Assembly: GCA_051884915.1 (NCBI GenBank)
Contig: JBJEWF010000020.1
Coordinates: 13,155 to 77,154 of the forward strand
Source: Kiritimatiellia bacterium
GTDB taxonomy: Bacteria; Verrucomicrobiota; Kiritimatiellia; RFP12; UBA1067
Length of the DNA stretch: 64,000 nt
Reading direction: 5' to 3'
In this document: piece by piece, positions 9,220 through 18,557 of the stretch
Numbering within the stretch: position 1 is the stretch's first letter
How the letters are laid out: each line of letters starts with the position of its first letter
Notes under the pieces: model-generated
What the model was told of the DNA's origin: nothing
What the model saw: only the letters and a program-made list of their open reading frames with translations
Database searches by the model: none
Translations under genes and position numbers: made by a program

Positions 9220-11643
9220 CTATTCCTCGTCGACCAGATCCGGACTCACCGCCGCGTGACGGGCATGCGGTTGCGCGGCGGCCGCGCCTTCCACGGACGC
9301 GGGCGCGTCTTCGGCCTTGGCGGCCGGCTCCTTTTTCGCGGTCTCGGTCGGCGCATACGGACGATAGCCGCCGCCGTATGCGCGATACCCGCCATAGCCG
9401 CCATAGCCGTACCCGTAGCCGGAGGCGTGGCCCAACTGGCTGAACGCGGCCGAACCCATGTCGACGTCGTTGACGACGATGCCGATGACCGTCGCCCCCG
9501 ACTCGGCCAGGCTCCGCGCCGCATGCTGGATGGGCTTGAAGTGCGTGCGGTCCGGGCAGCACATGATCATCACGGAATCGACCATCGAGGCCAAGGTCAT
9601 GACGTCGCCCACGATGCCGAACGGCGGCGAGTCGACGATGACGCGGTCGTAGTGTTCGCGCGCCCACTTGAAGAAATCGGGGACGATGTCCGAACCCATG
9701 ATGGACGCGGGATTGACGTTGTCCGGCGGCAGCGAGCCCATCACTTCGAGGTTCTCGATTCCGCTCTGCATCGCCAGCCCCTTGAAATCGCGGGCGCCGT
9801 CCTTGCGCGACAGATAGTGCGAGAAGGAGTGGTCCTTGTCGATCGTCAATCCCCACACGCGCGCCAGCCGCGGACGGCGCATGTCGAAATCGACCAGCAG
9901 CGTGCGCTTGCCGGCCTGCGCGCTTGAAATCGCCAGCGAACACGACGCGATCGTCTTCCCTTCGCCCGGCTGCGTCGACATGATGAGCAGCACCTGGGAA
10001 ATCGGCTGGTAGCGCGGAGAATCCAACAGGTTTCTCAGCCCGGCCATGATTTCGGCAAACTGCGAATACTTGTTGTCGGCAATGAATTTGGCGACCTGCT
10101 CGCGCTGCTTCCGGCGGATGTGGGGCAGCACCGCCAGCACCTTCAGCGACAGCCGGACTTCGATGTCGGACAGGGAGACGATGGTGTCTTCCAGATGGTC
10201 GAGGATGAGGACGAACAGCAGGCCCAGCGCAAAGGACAGCACGCCGCCGATGGTGAAGATGACCAGCGGATTGGGGAGCACCGGCTTCTCGGGCGTGGGC
10301 GCGGGACGGCCGACGCGGATGATTTCATTGTTCTGCTCCGCCAGAATCCGGGCCGCGTTCTCCCGCTGCATCAGATCGGCCAGCGTGTCGTAGTAGACCT
10401 TCCCCTCCTGCTCCAGCTGCTTCAGTCCCGCGTCGGCCTGGACGATCTTCTGGCCAATGCGGGCGAGCTCGTTGCGGAAGTCCTCGCTTTTCTTCTTGAA
10501 GGCGGCCAGCTGGTTCTTGTAGGCTTTCAGGTTGCCGTTCGCCGTCGCAAGGGCCCGGGAGACGGCGTCGACAAACTGCTGCTTGACCGTCTCGACCTCC
10601 TTCTCCTTCGCCTTCACCTCCGGGTGGTTCGTCGTGTATTTCGCCAGAAGCGCGGTCTGCTCCATCTTCGCGGTCTGAAGCGTCGCATAGGCCTGGTAGA
10701 TTTCGGAGGAACGCGGGACGGCCGTCGGGAGCGCGCCGAAGTCCTCCGGCGTCTCCTGGGCCGCCTGAAGGACCTTCTCCCATTCCTGGGCCGCCGTCAC
10801 CTCCGCCTGCATCGCCAGCACGTCCGCCGTCGTCTTCTGGAGCGACTGCTGGAGGATCTCCCGCTCCGAATTCAAGCTGTCGATCTTGTTTTCGGCACGG
10901 AACTTCCGAATGGCGTCTTCGTTGTCCCGGACCACCCGGCGCTGTTTTTCAACCTGCTCGTGAATCTGCGCGACGGCTTTGTCGCACCTGAGCTTGTTCT
11001 CTTCGTCCGTAAACGACTCGATGGCCTCGGCGTACGCATTCGCCAGGGAAGACGCGAGGCTGGCCGACGTCGAACGGACGGCAATCGTGATCAGGCGCGA
11101 ATTCCGGATCAGTTCGAGTTCGGAATTCACGAGCGCCTCGACCAGTTCCTTGTCGGTCACCGTCGAGGCCGGATGATTGGCCCGATACTGCTGGATGATC
11201 TTCTGGACGATCTTGTCCGAACGCCAGTCCGACTGGCGCGTGTTGAAGACTTCCGCGTAGTTGTTGCCGAGATCGGGTCCGCTCATCTCCATCAGCGTCC
11301 CGTTGTTCCCCTGGGGCCGGCGCATGTCCATCGTAAACTCGCTCTTGGCCTCGTAGATCGTCGGGGAAATCCGATAGACCGCAAACGCGGCGACAAGGCC
11401 GATCAGCAGAAACACGAGGATGGAGATCCAGCGCTGGGCAACGACCCGGAGGATGCGGCCAAGGGTAACCGTGCCGACGAGCGAATCATCGTCCGAACCG
11501 GCGCCCTGCCCGCCGCGCGCCCCCCCGTAGTAGTACGGAGCCTGTCCGCCATAAGCCGATTGCGCGCTGCCGTAGTAGATCGGCGCCTTGCTGGCCGTGC
11601 CATAATAGAGCGGTTTCTTCCCGTATGTCGAACTTGATGCCAT
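9220..11643 (-). CDS. wzc: polysaccharide co-polymerase / BY-kinase (Wzc-like)
   Basis: Two TM segments flank a long coiled coil. Walker A STQPGEGKT, A' LLVDFDMRRP, B VIVDSPP; C-terminal Tyr/Gly cluster. Confidence 0.92.
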   Translation of the reverse strand: MASSSTYGKKPLYYGTASKAPIYYGSAQSAYGGQAPYYYGGARGGQGAGSDDDSLVGTVTLGRILRVVAQRWISILVFLLIGLVAAFAVYRISPTIYEAKSEFTMDMRRPQGNNGTLMEMSGPDLGNNYAEVFNTRQSDWRSDKIVQKIIQQYRANHPASTVTDKELVEALVNSELELIRNSRLITIAVRSTSASLASSLANAYAEAIESFTDEENKLRCDKAVAQIHEQVEKQRRVVRDNEDAIRKFRAENKIDSLNSEREILQQSLQKTTADVLAMQAEVTAAQEWEKVLQAAQETPEDFGALPTAVPRSSEIYQAYATLQTAKMEQTALLAKYTTNHPEVKAKEKEVETVKQQFVDAVSRALATANGNLKAYKNQLAAFKKKSEDFRNELARIGQKIVQADAGLKQLEQEGKVYYDTLADLMQRENAARILAEQNNEIIRVGRPAPTPEKPVLPNPLVIFTIGGVLSFALGLLFVLILDHLEDTIVSLSDIEVRLSLKVLAVLPHIRRKQREQVAKFIADNKYSQFAEIMAGLRNLLDSPRYQPISQVLLIMSTQPGEGKTIASCSLAISSAQAGKRTLLVDFDMRRPRLARVWGLTIDKDHSFSHYLSRKDGARDFKGLAMQSGIENLEVMGSLPPDNVNPASIMGSDIVPDFFKWAREHYDRVIVDSPPFGIVGDVMTLASMVDSVMIMCCPDRTHFKPIQHAARSLAESGATVIGIVVNDVDMGSAAFSQLGHASGYGYGYGGYGGYRAYGGGYRPYAPTETAKKEPAAKAEDAPASVEGAAAAQPHARHAAVSPDLVDEE

Positions 11644-11657
11644 AATGCCCTCCAGGC

Positions 11658-13112
11658 CTACGCGGCCGCCATCCGCCGTTCGCTTTCCGATTCGGCCTGA
11701 CGCGATCTTCCCCTGGGAAACGACGCGGTACAGAGCGCCAGCGGAACAACCACCGCAAAACCAATGGCCGGGATCGACAGTTCAGGCAACCAGGCCGACT
11801 CCACCGCCATCAGGACCAGAATGACCGGAAGCGTCCAGACAATCGGCGGGACGGCGTACGCGAAAACGTCGGCATCGTCGACGGTGCGCAGGAACTGATA
11901 GGACTGGACCAGCCGGCTGACGTAGTACCACAGCATCAAGCCCAGGCCGACGAGCAGCAGCAGGCAGCCGACGATTCCCCGTTCGGCCAGAAGCGTCCAG
12001 TACGAGTTCTGCGCGAACAGCGGCTTCGCGGCCATCACGGCCCAATCCGCCTTCTCGGCGAGAAACGGCACGTTCAGACCGTACGCGCCGAGCCCGACGC
12101 CGCCCCACGGATGGGCCATCCACATCTGCCGGCCAATCCGCGACAGGGCCTCGCCATTCTGGCGCATCGCCTCGGTCATCAGCAGGTCCACGTCAACGCC
12201 CCTCGCCTTGGCCGCGACAACCGATTCGGGCGAAAAGGAAACCAGCAGGAACACCGACAACGCGGCGCCGAGCAGAAGCAACACCAGACTTCTTGCAACC
12301 GCCCCCACCGATCCGGCACGGTTCAGGTACAGAAGGCACCAGATTGTCGTCAGAACGGCCGCGACCGTCCAGCCGACCGCCACGACGGGCGGGGAGAAGA
12401 ACAGAAGGCCGGAAACGTTCCCCATCACGGCAACGAAGAACGGCAGACGCGCGGCTTTCCAGTTGCGCGCTTCCGCGACAACGCCGCTTGCGATGCCCAG
12501 CAGCAGCCAGGTGCCGAAGATCATCGACCAGAACGGCCCCTTGTCAAGCCCGCCCACGGCCATGTCGACGAAGAACGCCTCTCCGTTGCAGGCGCAGACG
12601 GACGCCGCAATGCCGCCCAGCCCCACGACCAGAGACCCCATCAGGCCCAAAAACAGGCGGGCGCCCAGACCGATGGAATGGCGAATGCCCATGGTCACGA
12701 CCATCAGGCCGACGGCAACCGCCCAGGGGAGAAAACCGCTTTCGCGCGTCGACGCCGGCAGGGCCGTCATCGACGGCTCCTTGACCAGCCACGTCGTCTG
12801 CTCGGGGTCGTAGACCACCTCGATGCCCGTGTTCAGACACCGGATCGTCGCGCCGACAACGACCAGCAGGAAGAAATAGAATACCGGATCCCCCGCAATC
12901 CGCCCGCGGACGCGCGCGCGCGCAGACGAAAGCCGCTCGCCGGCAAGAATGGAAGGCTCAAGAAAAATCCAAACCGCCGCGAATGCGCTCAACCACAGGA
13001 TCACGGCGCCAAGCCATGCGGCGGTGAGAAAGGGCGTGAGCGCAAGCGGGAGGGCCGCCAGCAAAGCCAGATGCGCCGACAGCCCGTATTTGGTGAGAAA
13101 CTTCTGGATCAT
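11658..13112 (-). CDS. O-antigen ligase / Wzy_C-like multi-pass membrane protein
   Basis: About 12 hydrophobic segments; HPWGGVGLGAY...AQNSYWTLLAERGIVG resembles the WaaL/Wzy_C signature. Confidence 0.7.
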   Translation of the reverse strand: MIQKFLTKYGLSAHLALLAALPLALTPFLTAAWLGAVILWLSAFAAVWIFLEPSILAGERLSSARARVRGRIAGDPVFYFFLLVVVGATIRCLNTGIEVVYDPEQTTWLVKEPSMTALPASTRESGFLPWAVAVGLMVVTMGIRHSIGLGARLFLGLMGSLVVGLGGIAASVCACNGEAFFVDMAVGGLDKGPFWSMIFGTWLLLGIASGVVAEARNWKAARLPFFVAVMGNVSGLLFFSPPVVAVGWTVAAVLTTIWCLLYLNRAGSVGAVARSLVLLLLGAALSVFLLVSFSPESVVAAKARGVDVDLLMTEAMRQNGEALSRIGRQMWMAHPWGGVGLGAYGLNVPFLAEKADWAVMAAKPLFAQNSYWTLLAERGIVGCLLLLVGLGLMLWYYVSRLVQSYQFLRTVDDADVFAYAVPPIVWTLPVILVLMAVESAWLPELSIPAIGFAVVVPLALCTASFPRGRSRQAESESERRMAAA

Positions 13113-13138
13113 TCAACCATACCCGCCGCCACGCCGGA

Positions 13139-14398
13139 TCAATAGTGGAAACGGACGCCGACCGTGCCGCGGAAACGGTCATAGTCGTACTGCTCGTAAT
13201 CGTCGCACCACTCCTCTTCCCACGTGGCATTGGCGAAAATCGACATCCAGCGATTGAGCGTGTAGTCCGCCCCGATGCGAACCGAAAGCAGATCCTCGTC
13301 GTAGTCGTTGCGATACGTCAGATAGCGGTCGTTGTAGACCGTCTCCTCGCGGCGGTAGGAGATGTCGGCATGCAGACGCATCCGGTCGCCCAGCGTCAGG
13401 TAGGACACCCCCAAGCCGATCGAGTAAACCTTGATGGCCTGGCCCAGCGAACGCTCGGACGGCTGGTAGTAGCTCGAACCCAACGCCGAAATCTGCCACT
13501 GCCGCGCCAACTGCCAATTGGCGGACAGCGAATACGTCCACCCGCTGTCCGCATTGCTCTGCCCGCCATAGTCGAGCCAGGACGAACCGACGAGCACGCG
13601 GTAGGTGATGCGTTCGGTTGCGTGCGTCCCGAGACCGGCCTGGATCGTCCACACGGTGCTGTCGTTGCTGTAATTGCTGTAACCGGAACCCTTCTTCTGC
13701 GTGTAGTCGGAATAGCCGCCGGCAATCAGCAGATCCGTCCATTTCGAGGCGGCATAGCCGGCCTGGATTCCCGCCGAATATTCAGACCACCCGTAAAGCG
13801 GCGCGTACTTGCCCGTGTCGTTCTTGTAGTCCAGCCAGTTGTACTGCCCCTGGACGTCCATGTGCCAGCGTTCGGTGAAGCGGCGCTCCAGCACGCCGGA
13901 AACGTCCACCTTCTGGCGGTCGCGCCAGATGCCGCGACCGTCGTTCGACATCAGACTGTCGGACTGGCTGATGCAGGCGTAGCGTTCCGTCAGCAACAGG
14001 TTCCAGCCCTTGCCGCTGGTCGCCTCGACGTTCGACCACTTGTAGGAAAGCGACTCGCCGTAGCTGTTCTCGCCCATGTTCGAATTGTACTCGCAATAGG
14101 CGTTGTAGCGATACCAAAGCGATCCCGCCAGTTCCCAGCGGTCGCTCTTCCACGTGAACTCGGCGCCGGGATTCACCAGGAAGATGCTGTCGGCGTCGGC
14201 GTGGTGGAGCGTGTCGATGTTGGAATCGTACGTGTAGGACAGCGAAACGTAGGGTTTGATTGTCAAGCGGTTGTTGGCAAAACGGAATCCCTGCGGCTTG
14301 TTCGCCTCCGATCCATTGCCATGACCTTCATTCTCGGCCCCTGCCGGCAAGAACGCCAACGCCGTGATCGACAAGAGAGCTGTAATCTCCGTTTTCAT
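13139..14398 (-). CDS. outer-membrane beta-barrel protein (polysaccharide-export-associated type)
   Basis: Signal peptide; YTYDSNI motif; alternating Tyr/Trp-rich strands; C-terminal VGVRFHY beta-signal. Confidence 0.85.
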   Translation of the reverse strand: MKTEITALLSITALAFLPAGAENEGHGNGSEANKPQGFRFANNRLTIKPYVSLSYTYDSNIDTLHHADADSIFLVNPGAEFTWKSDRWELAGSLWYRYNAYCEYNSNMGENSYGESLSYKWSNVEATSGKGWNLLLTERYACISQSDSLMSNDGRGIWRDRQKVDVSGVLERRFTERWHMDVQGQYNWLDYKNDTGKYAPLYGWSEYSAGIQAGYAASKWTDLLIAGGYSDYTQKKGSGYSNYSNDSTVWTIQAGLGTHATERITYRVLVGSSWLDYGGQSNADSGWTYSLSANWQLARQWQISALGSSYYQPSERSLGQAIKVYSIGLGVSYLTLGDRMRLHADISYRREETVYNDRYLTYRNDYDEDLLSVRIGADYTLNRWMSIFANATWEEEWCDDYEQYDYDRFRGTVGVRFHY

Positions 14399-14426
14399 GT
14401 GCGACCCCCTTTAAAATTCCAGCGGC

Positions 14427-15455
14427 TCAGAACCCAATACCCTGATTGCCATACGGTCCCGGCTCGGGGCCCGGTTCGGAACCCGGCTCGTCGCCACGGT
14501 CATGCGTGTAGTACGGATTGCCGTTCCCGGCATTCGTGCCCGAACGCGTGCCGCCGACGCCGTCCCTGCTCTGCACGAATGCGCGCGGGACGCGGTTCAA
14601 GCCGATATCCGCCTGGTCGGGATTCGGCGCAATGCCCACAATGCCCGGCACGACGAACGACGCGCCGGCCAGCCGGGAGGCGGGAGGCGTCATCCCCGAA
14701 GTCGCGGCCTGCAGATCGCCCAACAGCGCGTCCATCACCTGCTGCGACCCCGACAACCGCATCACGATCGCGTGATCCGGCTCCTCGCCCGCCTGGGCAA
14801 AGCCCAGCATTGGATTGTAGGTCTGCTCCTGCCCGTCGCCCATCGCCGGCTTGATCCACTCGTTCTTCGCCTGCTCGCGCACCGAAGCGTCGGGCAGCAG
14901 CGCGACCAGCGTGTCGGTCAGATCGGCCGGCGAACCGCCCGACGCGCGGAGGAACATGAGAATCGCAAACGTCCCGCGAACGTCCGCGTTCTCGGCCTTC
15001 TGGCAGCGCTCGATGATCGTCGCCATCGCGCTCTTGGCGATCTCGACGAACTTCTCGTCGGACATGCCCTGCGCGCGGCTGAAAAGCTCGGTCGCGAAAC
15101 GCTCGTTGATGTCCGTCAGGAATTCCGGCGGCACTGTGGCGAAAACTTCCGCAAGCACGGCCGCGCGGTTCTCCCGGGTGGCGCCCGAGACCGCCGCCCG
15201 GTTCGCCGCGTAGAACGCGGCGGCCCGCGTCTCGTCCGACCCCGGCATCTTGCCGATCGCCTCGTTGATCTCGGCCAGGAAAGCCGTCTGGTCGGACGCC
15301 GACAGCTGTCCGATCGTATTCTTCAGCGTCTCAGGATTCTGGGCGCTTGGACTTACCAGGTTATGCCACTCCGAACGAGGCATCTCGGCCAACGCCGCGA
15401 ACGGAAGCGCGAGCGCCAGCATGCACGTCGGCGCGATCTTCTTTATGCCCTTCAT
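14427..15455 (-). CDS. secreted hypothetical protein, Ala-rich helical core with low-complexity tail
   Basis: ATG at 15455 preceded by GGGAGG; signal peptide MKGIKKIAPTCMLALALPFAALA; C-terminal EPG repeats. Confidence 0.75.
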   Translation of the reverse strand: MKGIKKIAPTCMLALALPFAALAEMPRSEWHNLVSPSAQNPETLKNTIGQLSASDQTAFLAEINEAIGKMPGSDETRAAAFYAANRAAVSGATRENRAAVLAEVFATVPPEFLTDINERFATELFSRAQGMSDEKFVEIAKSAMATIIERCQKAENADVRGTFAILMFLRASGGSPADLTDTLVALLPDASVREQAKNEWIKPAMGDGQEQTYNPMLGFAQAGEEPDHAIVMRLSGSQQVMDALLGDLQAATSGMTPPASRLAGASFVVPGIVGIAPNPDQADIGLNRVPRAFVQSRDGVGGTRSGTNAGNGNPYYTHDRGDEPGSEPGPEPGPYGNQGIGF

Positions 15456-15478
15456 CGTCAGTACCTCCCTCTTCCAGA

Positions 15479-16186
15479 TCAATACCAGGACATCGGCACC
15501 CAGACAACGTCTCCTGCCTTGAGGAGCATGTCCTTGTCGGCTCGTCCCTTTTCGCCGATTTCAACCAGATCGACAATCGTCTTCGTCTGCTTGCCGTCCT
15601 TGTCGCAACGGGTGACCTGGACCCTGCGCTTGTCGGCAATGGACGTCACCCCGCCCGCGAGGAAAAGCGCCCGCGTCAGCCTCAGATCCTGCGTCGACGG
15701 CACGTCGACCGGGCCATTGCGCATGACCTCGCCCATGACCGTCACCGTGCCCCAGGGCGAAACGTTCTTGCCCGGCTCGTAGACGAACGTCGCCGAACAG
15801 GAAGGCGCCCGGTAGAACTCCTTGTAGGCCGCCTCGATCTTCTGCTGCAGTTCGACCAGCGTCAACCCCTGGCACTTGATCTGACCGACCAGCTCCATCG
15901 AGATGTTGCCGTCGGGATCGACGACGTACTGCCGCACGTCGCGTCCCGGCGAACCCATCGCGGTGACCGAAATCGCCAGCATGATGCCCGGACGCACCAG
16001 AGGCCCGGCGAAATAGGTCGCCGCCAGCCCGTTCGTCTCCACGTTCGCGCGGCGCGCGCCGCCGTCTTCCAACTCGTCCAGAAAGTTCTGCACGGTCTCG
16101 CATCCGCAGACCAGACACGCGACACCTGCGCAGAACAGGCGCAAAAACACTCTTTTGAATTTCGAAATCATTCGGTTTTTCTTCAC
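15479..16186 (-). CDS. wza: short polysaccharide export (OPX/Wza-like) lipoprotein with SLBB domain
   Basis: VDPDGNISMELVGQIKCQGLT (Poly_export), VTVMGEV..ALFLAGG (SLBB), LKAGDVVWVP end; lipobox-like LVCGC. Alternative ATG at 16171. Confidence 0.85.
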   Translation of the reverse strand: MKKNRMISKFKRVFLRLFCAGVACLVCGCETVQNFLDELEDGGARRANVETNGLAATYFAGPLVRPGIMLAISVTAMGSPGRDVRQYVVDPDGNISMELVGQIKCQGLTLVELQQKIEAAYKEFYRAPSCSATFVYEPGKNVSPWGTVTVMGEVMRNGPVDVPSTQDLRLTRALFLAGGVTSIADKRRVQVTRCDKDGKQTKTIVDLVEIGEKGRADKDMLLKAGDVVWVPMSWY

Positions 16187-16218
16187 GGCAGGAGAGGCAA
16201 TCCCCTCGTGCGCATCTT

Positions 16219-16247
16219 ATGATACGCTTTTTCTTCAGAAGTGGCAA
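16219..16247 (-). promoter_or_regulatory. sigma70-type promoter of the glycan-export operon
   Basis: TTGCCA-17 nt-TATCAT on the minus strand in an AT-rich intergenic stretch. Confidence 0.6.
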
Positions 16248-16286
16248 TAGCCAAATTTGCGGCAAATGCAAACACCGCGAAGAACC

Positions 16287-16320
16287 GGACGGGCCGCCGT
16301 CGGACGACGGCGGTCCGTCC
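16287..16320 (-). terminator. GC-rich hairpin downstream of rplI
   Basis: ggacgggccgccgtcg-ga-cgacggcggtccgtcc inverted repeat; only a weak U-tract follows. Confidence 0.55.
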
Positions 16321-16338
16321 TCGCTTGCCCCCGCGAGA

Positions 16339-16794
16339 TCAGGCGGCGGCTTCCACGACCTTCACCTTGAACGGGACGTTCACGCCCTCGCCCAGGTCGA
16401 TCTTCGCGTCGTACTCGCCGACTTCCTTGAGTTCGTCGGGCAGATCGAGCTGCGACCGCTCCAGCTTGACCTGGCGGTCGCCCTCGATGGCGGCCAGCAG
16501 ATCCGTGACGTTCACGCTGCCGTAGAGCTTCGTCCCGTCGACCGTGCGGGCGCTCACCGTGATGACCAGCCCCGTCAGCTTCTTCGCCAGCTCGTTCGCC
16601 GCGTCCTTGCGCGCCTTGCGCTCGGCGGCGCGCTGCGCTTCGAGTTTCGCCAGACGGCGGCGGGCGGCCTGCGTCACCGGCTCCGCGAGCTTCTGCGGGA
16701 TGAGCATGTTGCGCGCGTAGCCCGGCGCAACCGTGACGACGTCGCCGGCCTTGCCGAGCTTCTTCACGTCGGACATCAACAACACTTCGACCAT
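16339..16794 (-). CDS. rplI: 50S ribosomal protein L9
   Basis: LGKAGDVVTVAPGYARNMLIP, KLYGSV. Confidence 0.97.
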   Translation of the reverse strand: MVEVLLMSDVKKLGKAGDVVTVAPGYARNMLIPQKLAEPVTQAARRRLAKLEAQRAAERKARKDAANELAKKLTGLVITVSARTVDGTKLYGSVNVTDLLAAIEGDRQVKLERSQLDLPDELKEVGEYDAKIDLGEGVNVPFKVKVVEAAA

Positions 16795-16808
16795 TGCGTC
16801 CTCCTTTC

Positions 16809-17051
16809 TCAGGCCATGAGGCCCATGTTGCGCGCGCGGCGGACGCCCTTCTTGATCTGGCGCTGCTGCATCGAGGTGACGCCCGTCACGCGGGCGGGGA
16901 TGATCTTGCCGAACTCAGTCACATAGTGCCTGAGGACTTCGATGTCGTTGATGTCGATCTTGTCGTTCGCGGGGATGGCGGGACGGCGGCGGGAGACGAA
17001 CTCGCCGCGATCTTCGCGATCCGAACGCTCATTTCTTTTCTGATAAGCCAT
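16809..17051 (-). CDS. rpsR: 30S ribosomal protein S18 (Cys-free type)
   Basis: YVTEFGKIIPARVTG..QQRQIKKGVRRARNMGLM. Confidence 0.95.
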   Translation of the reverse strand: MAYQKRNERSDREDRGEFVSRRRPAIPANDKIDINDIEVLRHYVTEFGKIIPARVTGVTSMQQRQIKKGVRRARNMGLMA

Positions 17052-17077
17052 TTTCCGATTCCTTTGCTGAATTCATT

Positions 17078-17530
17078 TCAAAAGGGCTGAAGCGCTGAAG
17101 CCTCGTCGTAGCCCTCAAGGTCCCCCATCAGCGGGGGGAGGGCGCCCGGGGCACCGCCGGAAGCGATCGGCTCACCCGTCAGCCGGCTCTGGTTGGGAGC
17201 CGGGACCGGCATGAACTTGACGGTCATCGCGCGGATTTTCAGCTTCTGGTGCTTCTGTCCGTCCTTTTCCCAAAAATCCATCTGGAGGCGACCTTCGACA
17301 AGAACCGAACGGCCCTTGCGCAGATACTGCCCGCACAACTCGGCAAGCTTCTCCCAAGCGTCGACTTCGACGAAGGTCGGAATGTCCACCATGTTGCCGG
17401 ACCTGTCGCGACGGCGTTCGTTCAAGGCCAGGGCGAAACGGCACACTTTCGTGGCGTTCATCCCGACCTGGCGAAGTTCGGGGTCGCGCGTCAGGTTCCC
17501 CATGACGATCACTTTGTTGAAAGACGGCAT
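17078..17530 (-). CDS. ssb: single-stranded DNA-binding protein
   Basis: FNKVIVMGNLTRDPELR, YLRKGRSVLVEGRL; ends in PF. Confidence 0.96.
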   Translation of the reverse strand: MPSFNKVIVMGNLTRDPELRQVGMNATKVCRFALALNERRRDRSGNMVDIPTFVEVDAWEKLAELCGQYLRKGRSVLVEGRLQMDFWEKDGQKHQKLKIRAMTVKFMPVPAPNQSRLTGEPIASGGAPGALPPLMGDLEGYDEASALQPF

Positions 17531-17544
17531 CGCACCACCCTGAT

Positions 17545-17928
17545 TTATTCGGCCGCAGCGGCTTCGTTCGCCTCGGCTTCCTTCTGGGCGGCTTCGCGCC
17601 TGGCGGCCGCTTCCTTCTGGGCGGCGATCTTCGCGTCGCGGCGATCGTCCACGGCCAGAATCTGAACGCGGAAGACCTCTTCCACGATGCGGTAGCGGTT
17701 CACGAGCTCGGCCACCTTCAGCGGATCGAGTTCGAAACGAACCTGGACGTACACGCCGTTCAAACGCTTGTGCATCGGACGCGAGAACGTGCGCTTGCCC
17801 AGAATTTCCTGCGACTGGATCACGCCGCCGAGACGCGTCACTTCCGCGAGCGCCTTGGCGATCTGCCCATCCAGGACGTCATCCTTCGCCTCGCCGGCGA
17901 AGATATAGAGACCATCGTACTTTTTCAT
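17545..17928 (-). CDS. rpsF: 30S ribosomal protein S6
   Basis: MKKYDGLYIF...LGKRTFSRPM...GVYV...VFR pattern; position in the rpsF-ssb-rpsR-rplI block. Confidence 0.9.
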   Translation of the reverse strand: MKKYDGLYIFAGEAKDDVLDGQIAKALAEVTRLGGVIQSQEILGKRTFSRPMHKRLNGVYVQVRFELDPLKVAELVNRYRIVEEVFRVQILAVDDRRDAKIAAQKEAAARREAAQKEAEANEAAAAE

Positions 17929-18536
17929 TTATCGTTTTCCTTGCCGGCCGCGGCAGACGTCGCCGTCCACCCGTTGTACCGGTTCATCGCGATTTCAAGA
18001 CTGTTGCGTTCAATCGTTCCAATCGCCTTGACGGCCGCCGCCACCACCTCGTCCATGACCGTGCGGTCGGCCGGACTGAACTTGCCGAGCACGTGGCCCA
18101 CGACGTTCGCGCGATTGCGCGCGTCCCTGCCCACGCCCACACGAAGCCGGGCAAAGCCCTGAGACCCCGTGCGCTCGATGACGCTCTTCAGCCCGTTGTG
18201 TCCGCCCGCCGAGCCGCCCTTCCGAATCCGGATCTTCCCCACGGGAAGATCGATGTCGTCCGAAACGACCAGCAAATCGGCGTCCACCGACGCATTGTGG
18301 TACCTCACGACGGGCGCGATGCAGTTTCCGCTCAGGTTCATGAACGTCGCCGGCTTCACCAGCAGGACTTTCACGGTCCCAAGCATCCCCGCTGCAAGCT
18401 CCCCGTTGAAGGAGGACGAGCTCTTCCACTGCGCACCAATGTCGCGCGCCAGCGCGTCCACGACCTCGAAGCCGATGGAGTGCGGCGTATTCGCGTATTC
18501 CGCGCCCGGATTCCCTAGTCCTGCGATCACCTTCAT
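17925..18536 (-). CDS. pth: peptidyl-tRNA hydrolase
   Basis: GLGNPG, KPATFMNLSG, DDIDLP, GGHNGLKS, RLRVGVG. Confidence 0.96.
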   Translation of the reverse strand: MKVIAGLGNPGAEYANTPHSIGFEVVDALARDIGAQWKSSSSFNGELAAGMLGTVKVLLVKPATFMNLSGNCIAPVVRYHNASVDADLLVVSDDIDLPVGKIRIRKGGSAGGHNGLKSVIERTGSQGFARLRVGVGRDARNRANVVGHVLGKFSPADRTVMDEVVAAAVKAIGTIERNSLEIAMNRYNGWTATSAAAGKENDK

Positions 18537-18557
18537 CAAAGCACCGGAACTTCCCGA

